Source: Epiperipatus broadwayi (lineage: Eukaryota; Animalia; Onychophora). From it: a DNA stretch of 64,000 nt. A program made the position numbers and the translations under genes. Below the pieces are notes generated by a model. The model searched no databases and had not been told where the DNA came from. It was given only the letters and a program-made list of their open reading frames with translations. The DNA lies in assembly GCA_028023455.1 (NCBI GenBank), contig JAQFVV010000009.1, forward strand, positions 12,710,001 through 12,774,000, written 5' to 3'. Numbering within the stretch: position 1 is the first letter of the stretch; each line of letters starts with the position of its first letter. Shown piece by piece: positions 51,301 to 64,000 of this stretch.

Positions 51301-54049
51301 AGGCTATTAAAGAATACAATTAATGGAGTGCATTAAAAGTTATTAATGATCATTTATGTTATGCACAATTATTGCTTTGGATAACAAAAATAATTTTTAT
51401 TTATATAAAAAAAATTATGAGTAAGAAAACAAAATATGAAAAGATGAGGAAAAAAATAATAGAATGAAAAAATAAATTACATACAAAATGACAGTAATGA
51501 TAATAATTATACACAAATAAAGATTTAAAATATATATCTAGTAAAATTATTAATAAGAAAGAAAAATTAGAGATAAAGACAAAATTGCAACTGACAGAAA
51601 AATGCAATATAAGCATAAAAAAATTGAAATTAGAAATGAAGAGTTAAAAGATATCATAATGTTAAAGGAATTAAAAAAAATATGAGTATAATGATAGAGC
51701 AGAAAAATGATTACATTATAAGAAAATAAAATTTGTAAGGAATTTAAGAAAAAATATAAAGAAGTAAAATCTTTAAGTGCAGATAAAAATCCAAATTTGG
51801 TAATAATAAATAAGAATAATAAAATGAAGAAATTATTAGAAGAAAAATATTTTATTAAAACTAATAAAAAATAATAATCCAAATATGAATAAAAAAAATA
51901 AATAGACCTATTTTGATTTTATATAATAAAGAAAGTATAAGTAAAATTGATGTGATAAATTAAAACTCATGGATATTTGATTAGTTTTTATACACGAACA
52001 GCCAAAAATACATAAAATGAATGAATTCCTTAGATCAATAATAAATACATATTATGTGATATACCTGATTGAGATTTACAATAATGAAAATTGTATTAAT
52101 AATTCATATGCATTTTTAATGAAAATAAAGGATTTTATAAATAATTATAAAAGAATGTACTTTACAAAACCTAATAATAATGTGTACATAAATATTGGGT
52201 GAGAAAAAAACAATTGATTTGACTGTAAGAATGTATATTGAAAATAAAAACAAAGATATTAAAATTAATAAATATTTAAGCAAGTTTTGGAATTAAGTAC
52301 AACTAATGATTCATTATGATCTTTGAAGGTGCAACAAACAATGCTTCTTTTACTTATTTTTGAGAAAATATATTACGGAAATACAGTGTATATAGGATTT
52401 GTTTTGATCTGTTTTATAAATATATATACTTTATAATCCTAAAACCTAAATTCATTACAGGATGACCAATATTAGACTGATTAATTATGAAAATCGTACT
52501 ATATATTATTAAGCAGCAACTTCAGACTTAAAAAGATTTTGTAATTGATTCTAATTTAATTTTGGCTAATCTTTTTAATCTACTTATTTATTTTTGATGT
52601 ATAAAGCAATATGCCCAACAAGCATTACCATATTTTTTTTTATATTTCATTTATTAAATTTTTCAATGCATTTTTATATAAAATATCTTTTATATCGATT
52701 CTATAAAGTTTATTAATAAATTTTGCTATTTCTACTTAAAAATACTCGTAGACTTGCTAATTTACATTCCTCCAAAACAGATATATTATTAATATAACCA
52801 AGAATATTTAAATATTTTATTAACATTTTAGAGACTGTGCTTTTTTAATTTAATGATCCAATTTTCAATAGACTACTTAAGAGTTGATTTAAAGTTTAAT
52901 CCATTGGGAATATGCATAATGCACTTATGTGGAATAAATGAAAATGTCATCTTTTGTAGACTGTATAGAGATAGGTATCTTTTATAAATACTAGATTTAT
53001 TTTTCTGTGTGTGCAAGTATGATGTTGCATAAGATTCTATTGTTCCTTTTATATATGCAACCTTTAAATGTTATTTCATAGTCGATCTAACACAAAAAAT
53101 CGTTAATAAAGCTATTTTTATTCATAGTCTATCATTGATAATTTTAGTAAATTTCTATTTATCTGAACACATTTCGACTATGACTATGGTATAATTTCCT
53201 AGGATTATATTTGATTTGGTTTACAAAATCAAATGTTGAGTTGTTAGTTTCCCAAATCTTAATTCTTCCTTCATTATTGTGTCATTGCTTTATCTGTTTT
53301 GTAGAAGCAAGCACTGACAAAATCCAAATCAATCACAATAAGTTGTTGACTTTATATGGTTTTAGTTTAGAGAAGATTTGTGAAATTAAAGCTACAGAGA
53401 ATTTATTTAGAGATTTTTTTTTTTTTTTTTGATTATATATTTTTTGTACAATAAGAACTAAAAAATAATTCTTGGCTTGTTTTTATATTATTATATTTTT
53501 TCGTCCAAATTTTAATCTATATATTTGAGGTTGAGTTTTATTAATGTAATTTTCTTTGTATATTAAAACAATTAATTTACTTTTGTCTTTTTTAATTTTT
53601 CCATAAACTACATACACACACACCACAAATCCATGTACTATAATTGATGATTGATTTTGGCTACACTTATTTATAAACAAAACTATTAAAATAGATATGC
53701 AATGTCTAAAAGATGAATTAGAATTTGGAAAAAAAAAACCCAATCAGTTTGACCTTTGATTTTGTGAATAATATCAAACAAAATAATCCCCAAAAATTAT
53801 ATCATAATCTCCACGGACAAAGTTAAAATGTATATATAAATAGGCAAGAGTTTACTAAAATTATCAAGAGCTATTAAATAAAAAGTAGAACAAGAGTAAA
53901 ATAAACTGCATTGAATTAACTATGAAATAATGGCAATATTTAGAGATGAAGCTAGGCTATGGGACCACCAATCATTGAAATTATAAGCAAAATTGTATGG
54001 GCACATACTGAAAACAAAACAATATACTAACTTTATATGATTCATAAAA

Positions 54050-54435
54050 GATGTACAGATGATATTAATAATTTGTGCTTCATGTTAACTTGTCATATGT
54101 AGTCCCAATGAGTTAAATGCCAAATTGATTCTTAAATGGCCTATTAGAAATTGTACCAATAATAATTAAAGTTCTGAGAATTCAAATTAACAATTAAGTC
54201 AAAAGCAAGTAGAACTACAAACATTAATAGAACACAGACTAAGAGATTTCAGAATATATTTAAAAAAAAATGTGCAGATGATATTGATAATCTGTGCTCC
54301 ATATCAGCTCATTATATGTATTTCCAATGAGTTAAATGGTCTATCAGAAATTGTACCAATAATAAATTATAGTTCTTAAAATTAGAATTAAGCACATAGA
54401 ATATAAACATTAATCAAACATAGACCAGCAGATCT
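54050..54435. repeat. Old tandem duplication, period about 219 bp
   Basis: cagatgatatt..tgtgct..ccaatgagttaaatg..agaaattgtaccaataata at 54056 and 54275. Confidence 0.75.
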
Positions 54436-56301
54436 GTTAATAATCTTTATAAAAGACATTCTATATGAAAATGCTCTGAAAAATGTAATAATTGGTATAT
54501 AAAGCATTGCTAATGACCAATGGGTATAATTGTGTTATATATTTAAAATAAATAAATCAATTACAAAGATAGGACAAAAAATATTAGAATCAGTTACAAA
54601 ATTTCTTAAGCCTGAATATTGATCTTTCTATCATTGTATACTTGAATGTTTCGAAAGGGACCATCCTTTCAAATATGGGAATGAAATCAGAGCAAATTTT
54701 GTTTTGAAGACAGGCCCATGCAACCTACACTCATGACACAGAATAGAATTAAAAAAAAACAACCCCAAAATAATGGAAATTATTTATTTAAATATACAAC
54801 ATTTATTTCTATTAAAAATATGTTTCTCTTAACCAGCTATATATAAAACATACCATTTATTAGCCAAGTTTACATTACAGATGTGGATTTACAACCATCA
54901 TTATTTTTTTTTGTTGCACTGAATACTTTCCTTGTTTCACAATCCATATGTCCAAGCAATATCTGTAATAAGCATGCATGAATCATGGTGAAAGTAGACT
55001 ATTTTCAATAAATACTCAATCTACTTGGTTCAGCAAAAAGTTTTCAATTTCCCAGCAAATCAAGCCTTTTATGAAAAGAAATTGTTCCAGAATAATTATA
55101 CTTCTGATTAAGAAATCAAATTTTCTAGAGAATTATTTGTATGTTTTTATATCATTCATATTGAAAATTTATGAGAGAAAAATATTCAATTTCAAAATGT
55201 TATAGAGATAGTAGTTTTTGATAGTTAATTTTATTAGAGCAAAACTTTAAATCATCAACAGTTTGAGTTTTTTTAAGTGGGCATGGACTAAGATCATTGA
55301 GCAGATATAAAGTACTTAAGATTTTTGAATTTCTTGCTAAATTATAAAAGGCAAACACATATCACAGTTTGATGATAATCGTTGGGTAGATGTTATTTCC
55401 CATGTATCAGACCTTAATACAAAAATGCAAGGGGAAAAAATATCAACTTTTTGATGCATAATAAAACATTTATGACAAAACTTTTATTATGGAGAAAGCA
55501 GCTAAAAATAATTCAGTAATTTTTTCTAATCAGATCAGTTTTGCATCATACAAAATATGCAGATGTAATAGAAAACTTGTCTTCAGAATTCGAGGAAAGA
55601 TTTTCTGAATTTGTTGCAAAAAAGACCAAATAAGAATACTCACTAGAGCTCTACCATGAAGAATTACAAATATAAATGATAGAATTGTAATCAAATTCAG
55701 ATTTTTAAATTTTATAAAATCCATTTCCCATACCATATATATCTATAATTCTCTTCCTTAATAAAACTGACAAAGACAAAAAACAGAGCATAGCTTAATG
55801 AATATTTACTTACCTTAGCATCAATTAATGTCTGTCTGAATATTTCTTAAAATGTAGATGAATGTAAATGTCAAAAATTACATTATTAGGCAGAAATTTT
55901 TGCTTTATTATTAGATATTTTTCTGTAAGTTTTTTAAAAATACATTTCACAATTATTTTACTTTTGTGCAATTTTTTTACACAATAGTTTGTGTATTTTT
56001 TGAAATAGTAGATACTTTATTTATTTTTACTCATATAAATATACAAATGTTTAATAATGATATTTTGTGCAGTGTTTCTACAAAAGAGTATTTTTTATTT
56101 TAACTTTTAATATAATAAAATTTAATGCAATTGCATTTAATTAATCAAAATATCTCTGAACCCACCATATTTAGAAACACACCATATCCTCTGCCCTTGA
56201 GAGAAAGTAGTGTGACCCACTAAGATTTCACAAAACTTCAAATAGCTGGTTTATTAAAAAAATTCAAGTGTTTGTTCTAGGATTATATAGTACATATATT
56301 T

Positions 56302-56629
56302 TATTAAAACAGATAAAACTCTCCATACAGTAGTGTCACTCAGTGCAAGCCAGAGTAATCAATGTATGCCAGAAGGCTTGTGCATAAAATCCCCATCTAG
56401 TGCCTACTCATCCAATATCCCTAGACTAGTTTCTGACTTGCAGCCTTCGTCAGTGAGGAGCCTTGGATCTGAGAGTACTGCATCTAGATCTTAGAATCCA
56501 TTCTGGCATCCATTGATTACTCTGGCTTGCACTGAGGGGCACTACTGTATGGAGAGTTTTGCCTGTTTTAATAACAGTTATGAGCAAGCATAGGAAATGG
56601 TGATGATGTGATGTTTAGTGGTTTAATCT
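56302..56629. mobile_element. Retrozyme-like element, family 1, truncated foldback copy
   Basis: Family-1 sequence at 56302-56499 is joined to an inverted fragment at 56500-56629. Possible 9-bp TSD CATATATTT (56293-56301, 56630-56638). Confidence 0.85.
56410..56468 (-). ncRNA. Hammerhead ribozyme, family 1
   Basis: CUGACGA A GGC-UGCAA-GUC A GAAA CUAG UC|UAGGGA. One C-A mismatch in proximal stem I. Confidence 0.75.
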
Positions 56630-57546
56630 CATATATTTATATAACCAGGTTAAGATACTTCTTACATATATTTTTTATATTTCTGGAGCATGAGAAGGAG
56701 AGATGGCCAAAAATATTTAGGATAATTTGAGAAGAGAAGGACAACCTGAAAAATAAAAGAAGCATGGTTTAACATATATTCAAAAAGTGAATGAGCTGAT
56801 CCACAGGCAGTATTGAAATTAATATGAATATTAAAAATGTATATTGTGTTCAAACAATGAAATTATTTATTGATGTGCCATTAATATGATGTGAAAACAT
56901 CGAAAATGTATTGAGCAAGGAAGTAATTAATACAATTCAAGCTTTGGCAAGTTAAAAAATCTTAAAAAACTGAGTTTCTTTAAGAAAGATTTTAATTTTG
57001 TAGTGGGTTTTAATTCGTATACATTGTGTTTTTCAAGTTTTATATATATCATTTAATTTTGATATTCAGAAACCATGATTAATTAAATATGCAAAAATAA
57101 AGGTTAAAATAAAAGGATATTATATAATAAAAAATGCACTTTGGTCCCGTGCTATGTATATACTTTTGAATAATGCATATATTTTCAAATTTTTTCTATC
57201 ATTGCATTTTTCACTATAGTCCTATCATATCAACCATGTATTGGCGGATAATTAAAAGTGCTAAGGTCATTACTGATTCTATTTAATACATAAATAACAA
57301 AAATATTTTCACATATTTGTAGAAATCAATCCGTGTCTGCTTGAAATTCATTATTAAGAGGTCTGATACACTGAATTTAAAATTGAGGTACAATTCAAAA
57401 TGAATTAGTCTAAAAATAAAATTATAAATAAATATTACAATTTTCTTACTACACAATAAACAGTGAGCATTGCCAGTCACTCAACAAGCTTTGTGATAAA
57501 TGCTTAGCCAGAGAAAGCATTCAAAATATGTCAGGACTCCCCCCCC

Positions 57547-57586
57547 CCTCTGACCATGGTTTCATGCTTTGGCATTCCTCAGAAGG
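57547..57586 (-). ncRNA. Minimal type-I hammerhead ribozyme, family 3
   Basis: CCUU CUGAGGA (57582-57576) AUGC-CAAA-GCAU GAAA CCAUGG UC|AGAGG. 4-bp stem II, 8-nt palindrome ACCAUGGU, GUC triplet. Stem I is short, with a bulge. Confidence 0.72.
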
Positions 57587-59028
57587 TAGCGCCAGACACT
57601 AGATCTAAAAATACAACCCACAATGTCTAGAGGAAATGTAATGTGGATAAATATATGCAAAAACATAAACTTAAAGAGTCCCAGCACATCATGACAGATA
57701 AGAAAGCAATTAATAAGAAAGTCTCCTGTGATACTCTTTCTAAAACTGGACTACTTAAACTAATAATTAGCCATTCAATTATGCTAATCACCCATTCACA
57801 TTTCTTTAATAAATCTTGTAACCTTCTCCCCTCTGTCCATTGCCATGACTATGAGTAATATAAGTTAGTCAAAAGTGCATTAGGCAAAAATTGCTAACTT
57901 CACAGATTTTAAGCTTATCTCGAATATGTTTTTGCACATATTTATCCACATTAAATTTTTTATTAATAATTATAATAAGCTGAAACTTTTAATATATTAG
58001 TTAGAACATAATATCTTCTAAAATATTTTTGTGAAATAAAACGGTAGATATTATTCAATAACTAATTTTTAAACAATAAACTATGATAATACAGAAAATA
58101 ATTTTATAAATTACAAAACAGAATTGGTTGGTATTTTATTTTATATCAAAAAGATTCTTCCAGTTTTATATGAAAATGTGAAAGATATAATTCATATTAT
58201 TATTAAAATAATTCCTTCCTAATCAAACTGCAATTACATATCTGCTTTTTAATTATAAAAATGAAGGTATTTAATATGTATATATTAAACCTTTCAAATA
58301 AAGCAAAGAAAGTCTGCTTTATTGAAATAAAATTCTAATGTTGATTTGTGATTAGCAATATTTAGGACTTAGAGCAACCATTAAGCAGTTTCATTAAAAT
58401 TGGTATTATGGGTCTTACACTAACAATTTAAAAGTTAACTATTATATAAAATCTAACTCATATGTTACAATTTAATTGTTTAATCACTTTTATATACATA
58501 TATAGTGATATTAAACTCTTACCATGTATATTATAATTTTCTAAAAATATATATCAAACTATTTATGCACATGTGTGTGGTTAAAAGTGGAAAGTAGCAA
58601 ATAATTAACAAAGATCTGGAAATATTGTTTTTTATTACAAGTTAAAAATTGGAATTACTTCTCCAATCAACTTTGTACAGTTCAACAGAAAAGTGCTGAT
58701 ATAAATTTCCTGTTTATTATTATTTTTAAATAAATAAAAACTATAATAATTGTGATTAATACAGGACCCAAATGATCACTTGTATTAAAAATAGAATTAT
58801 TGAGCACCTGTAAAACAAATTAAAAAAAAACAGAGAAATAGACACAAAGCATTCAAAGCCTGGAACAAGCCACACTCCTACCATCAACTAACACGTGATA
58901 GGTCGTCTACACAAAACATCCTGAGAATCTGGAAGCACAAGTATTGCTTTCATCAACTCTAACCAAGCTTTGGTTTATCAACAGTCAAATAAACCTTTAA
59001 AAGTCCAACATCTGTACAATACTAACAA

Positions 59029-60114
59029 TCAAGACATAATACAATTTTTATTGTGTTTTTTACGTTTACTACTGGCCGAACCAGATCTTGGTAAAGTATT
59101 TGTTTGAGAACGAGATGCAAGAGCTTCATTACTAACATAGGAAATGCGTACACCCATACGCCGTGGTGGAAGATTGTAAATATCCTCATCGCTACTTGTA
59201 CTTGAACATGTACTACAGTATTTAGAAGAAGTGTCCATACCAACTTGCATATTTAAAAATTTATCGACAACAGCATCTTGAATAGCTTCAACTTCAGGCT
59301 CTGCAGGTTTTCCACCATAACTTTTGCTTCGAGGTAATTCTTTTACCATTAAATTTTCTGCTGAATCTTCATTTGTCTGACTACATGCATTTTTAGCTCC
59401 TGATTGAATGCTGCTAGTACTAGAACAAGTTTCAGTATGCATAGGATTTGTCCTTTTGCCATCAAAATGAACACTTAAATTTTTAGATGAACTGCTATTG
59501 CTACGATCTCTCACCAAACTGCTCTTTCGTGGACAGTCAGATGGTACTATTCCATCTTTGGTTAAATCTGGCATAGAATATCTAGATAATCTTTTTTGTC
59601 TCTTTTCTAAAAAATTTTCAGAGTCTGAAATTAGAGAGTCTAAATTTAAATCTGACCAATTAATAGGGTCTCTATTCCTACTTGTATTAGCTGCATAGAT
59701 ATCAGTCATTACTTGAGAATTTTCACTTTCTTCTGATTCCACCTGGACTGAAGCATTCAATTGTGCTACATTCTGCCCTCGTGCACATGGCACTGAACAA
59801 TATATTAGTCCTCGTTTAGGTAAAAAAGGTTTACCCAATAATGAAATTCGACAGGCTTTGCAACGGAAACATTTATCATTAGCATGCCAATGTTGTCCTT
59901 CATGCATCATTTGTCCTTGATCAATTCCAATTGGTTCTCCACATGTGTTACAATACTCTGCAAATAGAGATTCATAACAGCGTAAACAATATGGCCGACC
60001 ATCTTTCATTATGTAACGCTGACCTCCCAGCTGACGATCGCATTCAAAGCAGGCAAAATGTTTTAAATGCCAGCTACGACCTTCTGCTTCAGTACATTCA
60101 TCTGCAAAAATTAT
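59029..60114 (-). CDS. pk: Prickle (PET/LIM planar cell polarity protein), terminal coding exon, 361 codons plus stop
   Basis: Acceptor (T)14-AG at 60130-60115, phase 0. The frame extends the listed ORF by [35 protein letters not shown] (LIM2). LIM3 is [42 protein letters not shown]. Conserved C-terminal [22 protein letters not shown] and CaaX KNCIMS. The upstream PET/LIM1 exons were not found in 60117-64000. Confidence 0.95.
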   Translation of the reverse strand: MIFADECTEAEGRSWHLKHFACFECDRQLGGQRYIMKDGRPYCLRCYESLFAEYCNTCGEPIGIDQGQMMHEGQHWHANDKCFRCKACRISLLGKPFLPKRGLIYCSVPCARGQNVAQLNASVQVESEESENSQVMTDIYAANTSRNRDPINWSDLNLDSLISDSENFLEKRQKRLSRYSMPDLTKDGIVPSDCPRKSSLVRDRSNSSSSKNLSVHFDGKRTNPMHTETCSSTSSIQSGAKNACSQTNEDSAENLMVKELPRSKSYGGKPAEPEVEAIQDAVVDKFLNMQVGMDTSSKYCSTCSSTSSDEDIYNLPPRRMGVRISYVSNEALASRSQTNTLPRSGSASSKRKKHNKNCIMS

Positions 60115-62776
60115 CTAAAAAAAAAAAAAAAGGGTCATTAGTCATAAAAAATCAATCATTGGAATTAGTTGTAATAAAATTTTTGTAAACATATAAGTTT
60201 ATACATATATTTTTATTATAAATAATTTATTAATAAATTTGTAATAGTTTTTATCATATATTATTGAAAATAATTTTTATTAAATATTGTTGCACAACCA
60301 TACATTTGAGTGTTTTATGATAAAGTTTATCAAAAATTCCAATAAAACAACAAAAAAAAAAAGCCAGTTTCCCAAGAAATAATGTGATGTTTAAGAACTT
60401 ATGTGATAAGTTCTGCACAAGATCCCTTCAAATAACTAAATCAAGACCTTTTTATATTTATTTTTCTTTAAAATAGTCTAGAGATCACATATTAGTCTGT
60501 CACTCAAATGATATGTTGAACACAACAATTCTATTTAACTGATCAAAGTGAAACTTTTTATTAAGTTCACAACTGATCACAGGAACTTTGTGGTTGTTTC
60601 TCCTACTTTATTTAGCACTGTACTAAATAGAGTGTATAGGGTATATATGCATTGCGAGTTTTTATAATGTAAGTATAACACTTTCTTAGATCAAGAATGG
60701 GTTAGAATGGCATACTGTATATACCATTGTATTTATGTTATGTAGACATATATTCTAAACATAACACTATTATTAATATCATTAAATAGTCTACTTATTT
60801 ATTTTGAAATAAATAATTCGATGAATATTCAAATAACTAATTGTGCATGCTTATTTTCGACTACAATGGACATTACCATTTAATAGCGATATTTCTAAAC
60901 AAAGGATACACTTCAAATGTAAACCAATCTACTTGAAAAATGGTATCTTATACTGGACACTCTTTTGATGTAGTTCGTTGATTCAATTTTAATCCTAGAA
61001 AAAAATATAACAACGCAAACATAAAGTCTGTATTATAGGAGTCTAGTATGAAAAACAATTTTTTTTTTTTTTTAATAACTACATTTGAATCGCATTATAT
61101 ATTTTTTTTTTACTTTGGATGTAGGTGCAGAACATACAGACATTTGAAATAGAATTAAGTGCGATATACTTTCAAATAGTGATTCGGTTAATGCAGTTAT
61201 ATGTGATGCAAATATAAATATGTGATTCCATAATATTCAGGTAGATTGCCACATACTGTTTTATTTACTTCTGATACATGTGTGGCAGATCACGCAGCTT
61301 GTTTTTGATCCACGTATATATATATATATCAAGTGCACAATTACAATCATACACACAGATATATATATATATTTAGCAACAGACACGAACCTTCATTTAT
61401 TTAAACTTTTTGAATATCTTTTGAATTGCATACTCTTAGAAAAAAAAAACATAAAGAACCGTTTATATGAAAAAATTTTCAATTTATTTTCTAAATCTTA
61501 TTTTCTCAGGTATAAACTAGACAATATTTCATCTTCTTGGAAATCAAAAACATTGTTTTCATTAAGATTTAGATGGACTTTTATATCTTCCGACCCCCCT
61601 TTCTTTTTTCTAACAACAATGATCGGTTGCTTATTGATTTGATTATATATAACTAATTCTTGCCCATTTCCTTTATGTAGGACAGGTTTACAAAGAGTTT
61701 TCTATTATTTTTACATAGTGAGAGGCCGTTTTTTATTGCCCTATGCCTTGCTGGACTCATTCAAAAGAAATAAATCTTTCTGAAAATTTCTAAACTAAAC
61801 TAAATTACATCTCTAATTTAATATACAGAAAGACATTTGTCATTTTATAGACAAATATGCTGAAAGCAAATTCTTTAAAACATTCTGTATGCTATTATTA
61901 CAGCTTATAAAATTATTTATAGCTATACTAAAAATAAAGCATTATTGAAAATTCTCTAGTACAGTTCTAAAAAAAAAGAGATTATTTTGAAGGGAAAGAA
62001 AGTAGTAAGATGAAATATAAAGTAAAAGTCGCAATTAAATAGGTTACAAAACATCTTAAAGTTATATAAAATATTTTTATTTCCTTTATATTGCATTCAA
62101 CTTCTATCTATTTATTTAAATCAGTGCTATTCACTAATAAATAACATTTTTTAAAGAGAGAATATCTTGAAAGAATAAGCATGAGATAGCCATATGGTAT
62201 GGCAACACATATAGTATACGCTTGTTTTAATGACTGTTCTTTAGAACTGACAGCATATGAGTTAATTACTTTCAATAATTGCAGTAATCAAAGTCGTTTG
62301 TTTGAAGTTTTAACAATTACCGTTAGCACTACGATTTATAACGAAACCAAGTTTATAAATTCTCTTTATTTCTAACTTATTTAATAAATAATATAACGTT
62401 AATCAAAATGAGTGATTATATATTATACGAGTTGCTTAGATAAAATAAAAAGACTTTCGATTCAATATTTAATTAAAACGGGGGTGGGTGGGTGGGTGGG
62501 TTACTGCCTTACATTTTATTCTCGGAATCGATATATATATATATATTTCATTAATGTAAAATAAATCCAACCATGATCTGATAATTGTAGTGGAAATAAA
62601 AAACAAAAAACAAATGTATTGTATTTAATACATTTTAATCAATCATGTATAAATAAAATCAAAAATAATTGAGGAAAAACTTTACAATAATTATTAAACT
62701 TCTAGATACAGGGATACTCATTTAAATTAACGACTCGACTTATATATAGTCATACATTTTTTTTCCATATGTTAAA

Positions 62777-62863
62777 GCATTGGCGGAAGCGAACCCGCGA
62801 TAACCTTCTGCAAGCAACTGCTTGCTTGCAAGGCCGCTGTGCTGACCTCTCGGCTATTGATGC
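62777..62863 (-). pseudogene. tRNA-Gly-like relic or SINE head with a self-complementary insertion
   Basis: The minus strand reads GCATCAATAGCCGAGAGGTCAGCACAGCGGCCTTGCAAGC-AAGCAGTTGCTTGCAGAAGGTTATCG-CGGGTTCGCTTCCGCCAATGC. It has A-box-like and B-box-like motifs and GCAT../..ATGC ends. Confidence 0.55.
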
Positions 62864-63035
62864 TTGACATTTTTAATACAACTAAATATAATTTCAACAC
62901 CATATTAATAAATATATAAATAGGATTATACAGAAATATTTCACTACTAAAAATAATCACAAGAAGATTTGCTAAATAATATTAAAAATCTATATAACGC
63001 GCTATTTCCCCCTGTCTCCGTTTATTGATCTACAG

Positions 63036-63330
63036 CAGTAGTAGTCAACCTGGTCCCTACCACCCACTAGTAGGCATTCCAGCTTTCATGGTGAGCGGTA
63101 GGGGTTTTGTCCGACACTGAAGCACTTTATTTTTTTTAAAATTTTAATTTAAAAAAATTTAATAGAGATTTATATGCTTTGGCTTGCTGTAACTGTACTT
63201 TATAAATTTTATAAAGTAAAGTTACTTCCCTACTTTATAAATCACCATTACTGTGGAACCGGTTAAATTTTTTTACTACTAACAGATATACAAAAGTGGG
63301 CGGTAGGTATAAAAAGGTTGACTACCTCTG
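63036..63330. mobile_element. hAT-type MITE (295 bp)
   Basis: TIRs CAGTAGTAGTCAACCT / CAGAGGTAGTCAACCT with subterminal cctacc.cccac. Perfect 8-bp TSD ATCTACAG at 63028-63035 and 63331-63338. Confidence 0.92.
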
Positions 63331-64000
63331 ATCTACAGGGATGAGTATTCTGCGACTGAGTTTTATTTCTGGTAATCTGAAAAATGCTAGGCTATATTTT
63401 TTAAACTTTACTGGAATAAGCAATAAAACAGGGAAACAACTTATAGCTAATCTTTTAATTATTTTTCATTCCTGTAAAGAGATTAAATATAAGTCATTGT
63501 TTTTCATTTTATTATACATGATCAGTAAATTGAAAGGTTATTTACTTTGTAAATTACAAATTGTATCCTACATATAAATATTACTTAACATTGACAATGT
63601 ATTGTATAATCTTTCCCTCCTTCAGAAAACATCTTTCACTTCATATGAACTCCTGGAGATGCCTGGATGATTTTCCTTTTCTCTAACTATATTGGTTTGA
63701 TATTGTAGCTATTTTGTTAGTCTTAGGTAAATATTTAATTTCTTGAGGTTTCTGCACCAAAGTCTTCAGCATCATTTATACCCCCCCCCCCCCAAACTCT
63801 TCATGCTATTGTTGCTAGGGTTATCATCTATTTCATCTTTAAATAACAGGTTTATGGCAATGTCTTTGATTATCTATATGTTTCCAGAAAACATAATTAT
63901 TCACAGTTTTAACACTTCCCATTTGATTAGGTATTATTGCCATGCTATATAACCCTTCAGCCATATTCTGTTTTAATTATCCTAATCCAAACCGTATCAC

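Noticed and set aside
49340-52200. Strand-biased K/N/I-rich and F/L-rich ORFs (51401, 51550, 52017)
   Set aside because: May be very old LINE debris, but no diagnostic motif was found; compositional bias explains the ORFs.
57493-57535. Plus-strand TGATAA-ATGC..GCAT-TC-AAAATATGTC hammerhead-like relic
   Set aside because: It needs several core substitutions to fit, so it is not supportable alone.
59498-60188. Plus-strand ORFs 59498-59698 and 59931-60188
   Set aside because: Antisense shadows of the prickle exon.

Overview
AT-rich eukaryotic, probably arthropod, genomic DNA that is mostly non-coding. The only confident host coding sequence is the terminal exon of the planar-cell-polarity gene prickle (minus strand, 59029-60114). 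It has a clean phase-0 acceptor and encodes most of LIM2, all of LIM3 and a C-terminal CaaX motif (CIMS). The rest is transposon debris (hAT elements with 8-bp TSDs, a non-LTR retrotransposon, Gypsy remnants, unclassified TIR elements), tRNA-Gly-like relics and a long (TAA)n/(GAA)106 microsatellite. The most striking content is not in the ORF track. At least four sequence-unrelated families of minimal type-I hammerhead ribozymes are present, each with a palindromic stem III (ACTAGT; ATACGTAT; ACCATGGT; AACGTT, the last inferred). They sit in short non-coding tandem or inverted insertions, including a 456-bp tandem array with a 12-bp TSD. All seven ribozyme-bearing or ribozyme-like insertions with an inversion have it at the 5' end of the ribozyme strand. 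This matches Penelope-type non-autonomous retrozymes or hammerhead SINEs. The element class is known; whether these families are described cannot be judged without searches. All folds were derived by eye.
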